Shown here in pieces: positions 28,701-36,179 of a DNA stretch of 36,179 nucleotides (position 1 is its first letter; each line of letters starts with the position of its first letter). The notes beneath the pieces are model-generated. The model did not search any database. It was not told the DNA's origin and worked only from the letters and a program-made list of their open reading frames with translations. Made by a program: the position numbers and the translations under genes. Source of the stretch: a virus (Duplodnaviria; Caudoviricetes); IMG/VR virus record IMGVR_UViG_3300005805_000230, positions 1 through 36,179 of that record. The stretch is one strand, 5' to 3'.

Positions 28701-31700
28701 TATCCAAGCCAAGGGGCTGTCATTATTAATTCTTTCTGATTCTTAACAGTATTAAGAATGTTAATCATATTTGAAAACAGTGATGGTAAACCTACAGCAT
28801 ACTGCTGTTCTCCATCCGCATTCAAATAGGTGAGCATATTATCTTCACTAGTAAACCTAGCTTCTATACTTAATAGCTTATTAATACGACCACCAATCTT
28901 TTGGGTGCCATATATTTCAGCCACTGAGTTAACATCCTGCTTTCCATCCTGCTTTCTAATGAGATCAAGAATCTGAAGAGCATTCTCTGTTATAGGCTGC
29001 TCATATTCAAGAAGTTGACTCTCTGTACCAGAGAATGTTATACCAAGACTTTCCAGCACCTCAAGAGCTTCGGCTAGTCCAAACATTCTTCTATTAGAAG
29101 CTAAAGCTACAAGCTTCTTGAACTGACGGGTTGATCTATCAAACACCATCTCACCTTGAGCATCAATCCTAATAATCTTATTAGACTTATCCTGGATGCT
29201 GAGCTTTAACTGGTTACTCCAAATTTGCTGAACCCTATCTAGATTTGTATTTACTAGAGGATCAAAGTTGTAAAGGTTTCCATCCTCTCCCATAACAAGC
29301 TTCTGTGGTAGAAACTTAATATTGTTAAAGGCTTTAATGAATGAAATCCTAAGATTGATATCTTCTGCAGAAAGTGTAGAAGGGTCAACCTTTCTACCAT
29401 CAGCAGATAGATATTTTAACCTACGTTTTAAACTAGCTATCCAACCAAAGCCTTCCTTGTAAGCACCACTTTCAGTCTTGTACTTCTCGTCCAGCTTTTC
29501 AAACATCTGATCTAACACGTTCCTTCTCTCACCATCTTCTGTAACAATCGGGGCAATGTTAGCTAGCTCATTCTTAAGAATGATATGCACCTTGTTCTGG
29601 TTAATCAGCTTTGGAAGCTGGAACTCATTTAGAACAAAAGTTTCTCTACCATTACTAAAAGTTATCTCAGGCATGGAAGCCAATAACAAGTTGACATTAG
29701 TGCTGGTGAGCTTTCTTGAGTCAATAGTCATAGAGTCTCTGATACCTAATGTATCTGTTACATCATTCTCATTAACCTCTATGTCTTTAAATAACACCCC
29801 GTATCTTTCAATATTCTTTTTAAATAGAGTATACAGATCATCAGCATAAGCCTCGATCTGAGCTTTTACTCTAGGATGGAATCTACCAACTGTATCTACG
29901 GTTTCCTTGTAGCTTTTAGCATAAACATTGTTCAGAAGTTTATTAGATTCCTTCTTAGTGAGTCCACCTAGTATACTATTAATGTTATTACCACTAGCAT
30001 AAAGGTTTCTGAAGAAGAAATAATTTAGACCGTCTAACACTTGTTGAGTATCCATACGGGAAAGAGTTCCCACTTTACGATATTCTGGGGCCAGACTACT
30101 AAGCTCACGAATTGGTTCTATGTTTCTGTATCTACCAGTGACAATGTTTTTAAATACATTATTAATAAGGCTATTCATCTCAGCCTTATCCTTCTTGTTC
30201 ATATTGAACAATCCCTTGATCAGATCCCAAAGCTTCTTAAAGAACCTACCTATTAGTGTACTATTAGGCAGAAGATCTGCATTATTATCCAAGACATACT
30301 TACGGAACTCTTCAGCTAGCATCTCTCTTACATCATAGTCTGATGCATCTTTATATTCCTTAGGGCCTTCTTCTGTAAACGGATTGGTAAATGTACCAGT
30401 CCTAGAACGGAACTCATTTCCAATCTGTTGTCTTTCTTCATCAGTTAAGAATGCTGCCCATACACCTTCAAAGGCTTCATGGAAACCTGTACCTATCTCA
30501 GCGTTCTCATAGATATAAAGGGTCCTGTTCTGGAACATGCCCCAAGCTTTACCGGCTATGATATCAGCCATTCTCTTAGAAGAAAATATAGGAAGCTTCT
30601 TCTTTAAGAACTCATCCAGCCTTTTAAAGTCTTCTGTCTGCTGAACATCTTCAGATAGCTGTAAACGGAAAGGAGATTCATTACTATAATCCTGCTTTGA
30701 TTGCTGCTGACTAATCTGATCAGCCAAAGCTTTACGTAGATTATTCTTAGCTACTATAATACTTCCACCAGGGATATCTACAGCTGCCTCGTAAGCCAAT
30801 ACTAGTTCACCCTTAGGATTGCGTTCATAGATTTGTCCTACTAGTTTGTTTCCTTTTTGGAAAGCATAGTCTACAGCATCATCTATATTGGCTATAGCCT
30901 TCTTAGTAGGGGTGGTACTGACTACTGCTTTTTCAGCCTTTACTGGTGCTTGTTCTTTGGCCTTTTGACCAGCTTGAGCAGCAGCCCTTCTTGCAGCAAA
31001 TGACCCAGCCTTAGGAGCAGGTTTAGCAGCAGGCTTTTCTGTAGTGATAACTGTTCCTGGTTCCATCTTAGTCCAGCCAAACTGATTAGCTCTAACAGCT
31101 AAGTATTCAGGATTAGCTGTCCTTACTTTCTTACCCACTTGGAAAGTAATCTTGTTTTCTTCTTCTGTTTCTCCTTCTATAAACTCAAGAATCTTAGCAC
31201 GGTATTCTCCAGACTCATCTTGATAAGTGGCACCTATCTCAAAGTCAAAGGCTACTTCTTGATTTGTTTCAGGATCTACAGCTGTCACCTCAAATATCTC
31301 TCCAGTACCTTCTTCAATTGTTTCTTCTTCTGCTACTGTTCCAGCAGCAGTGGCTCTAGCTGCAGCTCTTCTTTGAGCTAAAGTCATAGGAGCACCAGGA
31401 GCAGCAGGAGCTTCAGTAGTTTCTTCTTCAGCACCTTCTTCTGTGGGTGTAACATTGTATAAGTGAACGGCTCCGTTTCCTTTAACTATTCTTTCATCAG
31501 ACCACTTAGCAACACTGCTCATGTCTTTCCATCCAGAATAGCCAAGCATCTTAGCAAGTTCTGTCTTAGACATGTTGATGTTCTTACCCCAGATTCTATC
31601 TTCCTTACGGCTAATCTTTCCTAGGTGAGTTATATTTACAAAACCTCCACTTTCTGTTTTGTATACTCCGTCTCCTTTATAGAACTTATCATGATAGTCT

Positions 31701-34700
31701 GTATTACGGGTCATAAAAGTTATGCTCCCATTCATTACAGCTTCCTCAATCATAGCAAGTTTAACTTCTTTCCCCTTAGGAGCTGTAGCTACTCTCTTTC
31801 CTTTCTTAGTGGCAGGAGTAGCACTAACCTTTTGGTTAGGGTTATACCCAGAAGCTTTATAGATGATACCTCTAAGTTTATAACTGCTAGCTACTACATC
31901 CTTAGCAGACTTGAACGGTATAGGCTTCCATGATTTTCCTGTATCAGTATCTCTAACAAGTAAGAAGACAGCATTCTTTCTCTTCTTACTCTTACGGAAT
32001 TCAAACGTCTTATCACCCACCTCAATAATCTTGGTCTTCATATTAATGAAGTCGTCAATAGCTTTATTTATCTGACTATTATTCTGAGGCTTCTTAGTCT
32101 TTGGCTCAGGCTTTTGTGGAGCATATTCTCTGTCTTTAGATAGTCCAATGGGAGCCAGCTCTTCATATACAGGATCCCTCCACATAAGATAGACGTTAGT
32201 CCTCTGTGGAGTTTTTGAATCAAACTTAGGAAGAGAGGTATAGACAGGAGGGGTAGTTCCATCTTTCCTTTCATGTAGAAGATACTCTTCGTAAGTCTCA
32301 TATTCTTTACCGTTAACAGTAGCCTTACCACCAATAAACTTAATAGGCTGAAATGTTTTATCATTTTTGCCCCAGAGCATCTTATTGTTTACATTATGAT
32401 AAACACCTTCTAAAAGTTTTTCTTTGTTCTTTATAATTTCATCTCTAGTAAAAGGAACTACAATATCCCCCCTACGAAGACCGTTTTTAATAAAGAATCT
32501 ATTAGGTGTAGGTTTTTCACCTTCTCTTGGTACACCCCAGTTAAGCACACCTTTTAAATAGTTAAGAATAAGAGTGTACTCTGCACTCTCTGCAGGACTT
32601 AGGGGGTTCTTAGATTTAGGACCACGGTTAAAAAGCTCAGACATCCTTGCCAAAGACTCTATTACTAATTCTTTTTCATCTTCATTAAGTTGTCTGTTAA
32701 ATACCCTAATTAACTTCTTTCCCCAAATTGGTTCCTTAGTAACTGAACTATAAGAGTATTCTTGCATGACAGCTCTACCTGCTTTTATACCTTGTGCAAT
32801 AACACCATCTCTTGTACTAACCCTAAGAGCAATAGACTTTTTAGGATCACTAATACTTTTAAGAGCAGACCAATCAGGATCCTCAGGTATTATTCTTCCT
32901 GCTAGAGGAGCCATTGCTATCTCAGGTTCATTATTTTTTCCTATAGATTTTGTATATTGAACTGCTTGCTTTCCTGGAGAGTTACCTATGATATCTAAAT
33001 AAATATCTCCTCTTCCTTCTTTAATGTAATCCTCTGCTCCTAGCTGCCAGTTTTTAAAATCATCAATCTGTTCTTGGATAACTGAATCAGGAGTAGTCTC
33101 ATTTACATTGTAATCTTTCTTTATTCTATCAACTGTAAGATTATTACGATTAACTAAAGACCTGTAGATAATATTTTTTTTGTTAGCCTCTTCGTCAGAG
33201 ATAGGTTCATTATTTACATCAACATACTGATAAGCAACATCCCCATTAGGTGACTTGATTTTCTTCATCACAATCACCTTCATGTCATCTTTATTATACT
33301 TCTCTTCTCTTATATCAAATTCATCATTGTCTTTAGTGACCACCTTAAATACGTAGTCACCACCACTTGTGTCAAACTTAGAAGTAAATAAGAAAAATCT
33401 ATCTGCACCTGCTTCAGTATTTATTTTTTCGGTACCATCTCTATCAGTAACATAATGAGATCCAAAAGTTTTAAATAAACCTACTTGTTCAAATTTTGGA
33501 GAACTTTTCTTTTTCTTGTAATCAATTTCATCTTCACTAAACGTAGGGCTTTTTGGATCCGGATCCACACTAATATCAGAAAGAATGTCATCTGGAGTTT
33601 CAGTGACCTGAACCTTACGTTTCTTAGGCTTAGCTTCTTCTTCAACTTTCGTCTCTTTAATTATTCTCCAACCTTCTTCATCTGCTATAGCTGCTAGTTC
33701 TTCAGCATCTATTTCTATAACACCTTCGTCATCCACTTGAAAACTAACTAGGTTAGTTTCAGGGTCATACTTATAAATCTTTATTGTACTACCATTAGAA
33801 TTATAGGAAGCCCCTACAGTAAAAGTTCTTTCTTTTTCTATTCCATCAGGAGTGGTAAACTTTACAGTAAACTTCTCAGCTGCAGCAGTCTTTTCTTCAG
33901 TTTCTGTTTTAACCTTCTCAGCTTCAATAGGTTCTGTTTTATTAGCAGCCTCTTCTTTACGTTGCTGTTCAGCAAGCTGTAAGAACTTAGCTCTAAGATT
34001 CTTAAGGAAGTTTGGCTTACCATCAATGGTATCAGCATACTTACCATATTCTAAAATAGAACTCCTAATCTGGTTTTGGATTTCACCTTGAAGTCTAGCC
34101 TTTCTATTGTAGATGGACATAACTTCTGGACGGTTCTTGTCTGCTTTTTCATACTGATAGAATCCGTTCTTATCAGACTTAAGTTCTTTTACTCCTTCCT
34201 CATTATTCTTAACCAGCATTTCTTTCTGAGCCTCAAGTTCCCTAAGTACTTGATTAGCTATCTCATATGAAAGCTCAGTAGTTCCCTGATCTTCCATGGA
34301 CTTAATAACTTCTTTCTGAGATTTAATTCTCATCTCAAGCATATTAAGCTGGTCTACAAGACCATCAGAAAGAGCTGTATTATCTGAAGTGACTAACTGA
34401 TTCTTAATCCTCTGGAGTTCTGTACTAGTTTCATTAGCAAGATTCTTGTATATACTCTGGTCCGCAGCCAATGAAATCAGAGCTGACTTACGGGCCGTGT
34501 CTTCTGGAGTGGAGTCAAAAAGAATATCATCAGTGATCACCTTGTTCTGCTCAATAATATCAGCAGCCAGCTTTTGATACTTACTAATAGCTTGGTCAAT
34601 GTTACCATCTAAAACAAATCCTAGCTTAGCAGCATCCTCTGGTGTCATAGACCTCACTCTCTGGAGCTTGTCTTGAATAGTATCTTCTATACCAGCATTG

Positions 34701-36178
34701 ACGTGAGCCACTACAAAGTTTCCAAAAGCTTGGTCCCTAAGAAGGTCTCTATGGAATTTGTTCTGTACTATCTGGGCTTCCCCTATAGCAGCATCAGTAG
34801 AACGGTAGTTAGCTACAACCCCTGCTAGCTTTTCAGCATCTACTACAGGATTGTTATTCTCATCAAATACAACCTTCTCGGCTTTTATCTTATTACCATT
34901 AGCATCATTTACATCAACCACCTCACTCTTGTAAATGTTTCCAAACTTAAGCCAATTGTTCTGGGTATTATTAAAAGCTGTAACAGCCATGGATGTAAAG
35001 GCCTTGTCCCTCTTGTAATCACTCATCCCTTTATAACCACCTCCGGCAACACCAAGAAGACCACCAATACCAATATTAAGAGAAGCTTCTAGGTCTTCTC
35101 CAGCTAGAGCCTGACCTGTTTGCTTTATGTATTGTTTGAATAACTGATTAAGATTAAAAGCATTACCTATAACTCCAGCAGTTCCATAATGTTCATTCAC
35201 TCTTTGAATAGCCAGCTGACCATTCTCTTCTACAAAACCTTCAACTGCAATACCACCCAAAGCTCCCTTTGTAAAAGCTCCAGCTCTAGAGCCTAAGAAT
35301 TTATTGATCATTCTAGTAGGCATAGCTGCCTCAGCTAGGTCCTCACCAAAAGCTGTAACAGGCTTTAGTCCTTTTGCTGTACCGGTAGCGGCTCCACCAA
35401 AAGCTTTACCAAACCAGCTAAGCTCAAAGGCATTAGTACCGGCTAGTAATGCTGAGTTAAGAATAAAAGTATTCTGGGCTGCAGTTCCGGCTAACAGTTT
35501 CTTCTCTGAGTCTGTGTACGGAAGACCTGTATTAGGATTCATTCTTACACCTCCTGTAACAGGATCCATTGTAAGATTGTCGTACACATTCTTCTTCACC
35601 TCACTAGCTTCAAACATAGCTTCGGAAGCTGTAGCTAAAGCCCATGCATTGAACTTATCTATGTTAGTAGCAAACAATCTATTAGCATTAGCTAAGTAGT
35701 TAGCTGCCTCACCTGTACCAGCTATTGTAGCTTCGGCAGCAGAGGCCCCCACTCTAAATCTTGACAGTGCTCTAGTAGCCCTAAGTCCTAGTCCAAGCTT
35801 ACTTAATGCAAGACCCGGTACCCAGGCTGAAGCCATAAAAGCAAAACCGTCTGATACGTCATCGGCCCAGAAGTCTAAATCGTTAAAGGCCCTCCACCAG
35901 AATCCTCTGTTCCTGTCAGAAGCAGAGTTGTACAAAGGAAGCCATTCTTGTTTCATGTCTTCTTCAAGACCACTAAAGAATTTAGACATCCCTGTTTCTG
36001 ATGCACTAGATATAATATTGGAATCCCAGTTACCAGGATCTAGTAGACCACCAATAAAGCCAATTCCTTGACCCACCTTGAATGCTGTTCCCAATCCAAA
36101 CCTAGCTAAACCTTTACCGATAGTTTTGATTGTACCATCATCATCAGAATAATAATCATCATTATCCAGTCCATAGAT
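22787..36178 (-). CDS. Giant virion-associated RNA polymerase-containing protein (>4460 aa, 5'-truncated by the window)
   Basis: AYRIPTSG...GSDFDIDK (25901-25924) double-psi-barrel catalytic loop of the phi14:2 gp66 type; DG.GW, KP.Y and LKH motifs. The frame stays open from 36094 to the window edge (IYGLDNDDYYSDDDGTIKTIGKGLARFG). Confidence 0.9.
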   Translation of the reverse strand: MYGLDNDDYYSDDDGTIKTIGKGLARFGLGTAFKVGQGIGFIGGLLDPGNWDSNIISSASETGMSKFFSGLEEDMKQEWLPLYNSASDRNRGFWWRAFNDLDFWADDVSDGFAFMASAWVPGLALSKLGLGLRATRALSRFRVGASAAEATIAGTGEAANYLANANRLFATNIDKFNAWALATASEAMFEASEVKKNVYDNLTMDPVTGGVRMNPNTGLPYTDSEKKLLAGTAAQNTFILNSALLAGTNAFELSWFGKAFGGAATGTAKGLKPVTAFGEDLAEAAMPTRMINKFLGSRAGAFTKGALGGIAVEGFVEENGQLAIQRVNEHYGTAGVIGNAFNLNQLFKQYIKQTGQALAGEDLEASLNIGIGGLLGVAGGGYKGMSDYKRDKAFTSMAVTAFNNTQNNWLKFGNIYKSEVVDVNDANGNKIKAEKVVFDENNNPVVDAEKLAGVVANYRSTDAAIGEAQIVQNKFHRDLLRDQAFGNFVVAHVNAGIEDTIQDKLQRVRSMTPEDAAKLGFVLDGNIDQAISKYQKLAADIIEQNKVITDDILFDSTPEDTARKSALISLAADQSIYKNLANETSTELQRIKNQLVTSDNTALSDGLVDQLNMLEMRIKSQKEVIKSMEDQGTTELSYEIANQVLRELEAQKEMLVKNNEEGVKELKSDKNGFYQYEKADKNRPEVMSIYNRKARLQGEIQNQIRSSILEYGKYADTIDGKPNFLKNLRAKFLQLAEQQRKEEAANKTEPIEAEKVKTETEEKTAAAEKFTVKFTTPDGIEKERTFTVGASYNSNGSTIKIYKYDPETNLVSFQVDDEGVIEIDAEELAAIADEEGWRIIKETKVEEEAKPKKRKVQVTETPDDILSDISVDPDPKSPTFSEDEIDYKKKKSSPKFEQVGLFKTFGSHYVTDRDGTEKINTEAGADRFFLFTSKFDTSGGDYVFKVVTKDNDEFDIREEKYNKDDMKVIVMKKIKSPNGDVAYQYVDVNNEPISDEEANKKNIIYRSLVNRNNLTVDRIKKDYNVNETTPDSVIQEQIDDFKNWQLGAEDYIKEGRGDIYLDIIGNSPGKQAVQYTKSIGKNNEPEIAMAPLAGRIIPEDPDWSALKSISDPKKSIALRVSTRDGVIAQGIKAGRAVMQEYSYSSVTKEPIWGKKLIRVFNRQLNEDEKELVIESLARMSELFNRGPKSKNPLSPAESAEYTLILNYLKGVLNWGVPREGEKPTPNRFFIKNGLRRGDIVVPFTRDEIIKNKEKLLEGVYHNVNNKMLWGKNDKTFQPIKFIGGKATVNGKEYETYEEYLLHERKDGTTPPVYTSLPKFDSKTPQRTNVYLMWRDPVYEELAPIGLSKDREYAPQKPEPKTKKPQNNSQINKAIDDFINMKTKIIEVGDKTFEFRKSKKRKNAVFLLVRDTDTGKSWKPIPFKSAKDVVASSYKLRGIIYKASGYNPNQKVSATPATKKGKRVATAPKGKEVKLAMIEEAVMNGSITFMTRNTDYHDKFYKGDGVYKTESGGFVNITHLGKISRKEDRIWGKNINMSKTELAKMLGYSGWKDMSSVAKWSDERIVKGNGAVHLYNVTPTEEGAEEETTEAPAAPGAPMTLAQRRAAARATAAGTVAEEETIEEGTGEIFEVTAVDPETNQEVAFDFEIGATYQDESGEYRAKILEFIEGETEEENKITFQVGKKVRTANPEYLAVRANQFGWTKMEPGTVITTEKPAAKPAPKAGSFAARRAAAQAGQKAKEQAPVKAEKAVVSTTPTKKAIANIDDAVDYAFQKGNKLVGQIYERNPKGELVLAYEAAVDIPGGSIIVAKNNLRKALADQISQQQSKQDYSNESPFRLQLSEDVQQTEDFKRLDEFLKKKLPIFSSKRMADIIAGKAWGMFQNRTLYIYENAEIGTGFHEAFEGVWAAFLTDEERQQIGNEFRSRTGTFTNPFTEEGPKEYKDASDYDVREMLAEEFRKYVLDNNADLLPNSTLIGRFFKKLWDLIKGLFNMNKKDKAEMNSLINNVFKNIVTGRYRNIEPIRELSSLAPEYRKVGTLSRMDTQQVLDGLNYFFFRNLYASGNNINSILGGLTKKESNKLLNNVYAKSYKETVDTVGRFHPRVKAQIEAYADDLYTLFKKNIERYGVLFKDIEVNENDVTDTLGIRDSMTIDSRKLTSTNVNLLLASMPEITFSNGRETFVLNEFQLPKLINQNKVHIILKNELANIAPIVTEDGERRNVLDQMFEKLDEKYKTESGAYKEGFGWIASLKRRLKYLSADGRKVDPSTLSAEDINLRISFIKAFNNIKFLPQKLVMGEDGNLYNFDPLVNTNLDRVQQIWSNQLKLSIQDKSNKIIRIDAQGEMVFDRSTRQFKKLVALASNRRMFGLAEALEVLESLGITFSGTESQLLEYEQPITENALQILDLIRKQDGKQDVNSVAEIYGTQKIGGRINKLLSIEARFTSEDNMLTYLNADGEQQYAVGLPSLFSNMINILNTVKNQKELIMTAPWLGYINDEGDVVLNAYQTNSELLKKGGILFDQKGNRRQGTANETAEITYQVISGISLSESEGSVTAKLQLSDRVANKVHFLMNNTVFSNINSDKSTEFGLGLPNSKGLVTTQDIRNLLALREEDVDSEAEGMIYNAVEKSIINKYVAQLEDEMAAALVQSNDPVYIQYYQNKVLDLAHFKNILSPKLIDKFKTEVLSEKPKDKKYKGEDAHIQFIEKNNRAITSDIFKYVNDKMDQTLSFLEDMDVIEFVEDVPAPGYLTDAIDNEALADFLKLSDQERKNRTAVYKRVERIFFTEGDMRSLAGYLAINEEILLTEQHKLIYGHPAMYNQLAKRANGATSTKETIVDDTDIVAWMDSNMVRNDGKSRADDIHQTTRTIVYKDPIAISLYYQDIAEGIYAEMIDSGMSEREASRKTGAWFNENNKFGGFVKDSKGRFTGAMKTYINLNEPDGIGWVMPDGLRDLLFTSNKLTPDQERQWDYEIAYEKVARSKKPTSDPAYKKYTKEELKAAQAIVAKGDPGYVFQVLKPQYFGYGMTEGITHPVFLKHAIQPKFYRHLEGSQYEPLYVAAQNGQVDIIGFESGMKVGAMTMDNGDMVPFYDLDGKANVRVSKTKNTFILPKELPSLDIYSKFYGIQVEVHAKPKNSVVRGTQVTKVIMANLFENGKPIKNNKELANLIKSYNDTLVALTKVNKEGLLKELGLTRQSNGSYKSTNLASLIIALRREAVSRDLPDNIILAIDALQNQDGTQDIKYPFDTIITREKIDNILNSIVDSRVISAKVFGKSSPQVPNTGYEVDPRNYVYLKNGAYIPVSKKALASMSKEEKDSIKLTSNNLKFYTKKNGVIQAMEVYISWPFAEVTPEELGLKLKDGVYEIPKGGIKGIDSNLYKAIAYRIPTSGPNMIENIVIKGFTPAANGDMIVVPTEIVGKAGSDFDIDKLFMYLNKYSVELVGKEYSGKEFTDFMIEDLTSRGFRKKDAQAMLKQFTPAELKKINQATYPERGKIIKGAAYSLAEVVDMDSFDVAEDIKASLTKYNAQYKGSKRLMYITPNSNTKAGLENKLVDIMQQIMSRPEYYAQLVTPNATENLKQLATDIKKAKIEAGTAREEDEDSYTFLRTFIGSSVIRERYLTAKRMVGIAALHTTLHTMAQVSGLKINPEFSTKRIHYLMPKNLERKKGAYGKYQDTKNIDIKLSHYPADEQGFYKIGYRTDTLGTMISDMFGESLSGFVDGAKDPFVFDLNLSMESAGTWFYLQHLGVPAQEIAYLFAQPIMDKFFAKQSKTRALFKRANNQTLFNEELFWNIVSPYYEKVFGVNIESEIDDAFENGGVLAANPVKQGAVKKLMDLNEEYDKLSLKDLKSNVAAGEKADAAFQIVALMNYLEYEAQARLLGGFMQAITYDTASTKNMQENMLQLLRWKKSENQDFIANPEAILENTFLGEMKEQKEDVPVMFRNFFISLRPEIQELFAPLEERISNPEYFGSKEDTVNLLNRYQNFILAYILHTTEYKNRNGEPEMLNILYEDFFKGDNTIPKQLQDLKDSRDSRIADNLIIKELLPSLTEDINKTDSMSLFRNRIDTFETNKIVDALENLKSYAEDTADEDLLDFVENLAKFNIIQSGFQASYTDYKKVLSINTYTELVKKIFDIYETNFEDKGVRIDVNDVWRSFHQNNWKNRSIVPKASKSSEITNTGNIYIKPGSRDSMYDYLIKYVKKKGISKIRMKRLEKEDRGFEAFEPVMFKFTGASAKDNRMVYIPIPRMGNGAKMLEIYGDPDAESIIPSNNSTTARFGGKKEEGVTNFGRNQFSVRQMRDSEKEYEDIEEIGPAPKIKKGKIGFKLTIDKKVKDQGKASLANRFIGYGAPGTSTAQYEQDARRQGIAVNYEGEYDEKTIAFVSVNGNNRASEKAIDNTIENAREILEAGGTVIMDSTVDANRPWNKTGEALVQEALGDPTGQTSKGYNYWGKDPEALNKKDPFTC

Positions 36179-36179
36179 A

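Noticed and set aside
36092-36094. TTG start of the giant ORF
   Set aside because: The frame is open to the window edge, so the real start lies outside.

Overview
This window is a ~36 kb fragment of an AT-rich dsDNA phage genome of the crAss-like type (Crassvirales, phi14:2-like). The host is probably a Bacteroidota bacterium: there is a TTG-N20-TAnnTTTG promoter, starts are A-rich without Shine-Dalgarno sites, and the genetic code is standard. There are three blocks. (1) 48-4663, minus strand: tail-fibre/structural genes plus small membrane (lysis-like) genes. (2) 4897-17828, plus strand: replication module with a DnaA-C-like HTH, DnaB helicase, Sak4-like ATPase, putative SSB, primase, HNH, PD-(D/E)xK nuclease, PolB, DUF932-like protein, dNMP kinase and a spore-photoproduct-lyase-like radical SAM enzyme. 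(3) 17841-36179, minus strand: two giant putative virion cargo genes, a 1643-aa protein with a nuclease domain and a >4460-aa protein with the DFDID RNA polymerase site that runs off the window edge. The most notable observations are a strand-specific, cloverleaf-like ~130-nt RNA structure in the divergent intergenic region (4705-4834); the SplB-like enzyme with a non-canonical CX3CX4C motif; the multi-domain polymerase protein; and a ~90-bp GC-rich bacterial FAD-oxidoreductase fragment joined to the left end. All family calls come from motif recognition by eye; no searches were run.
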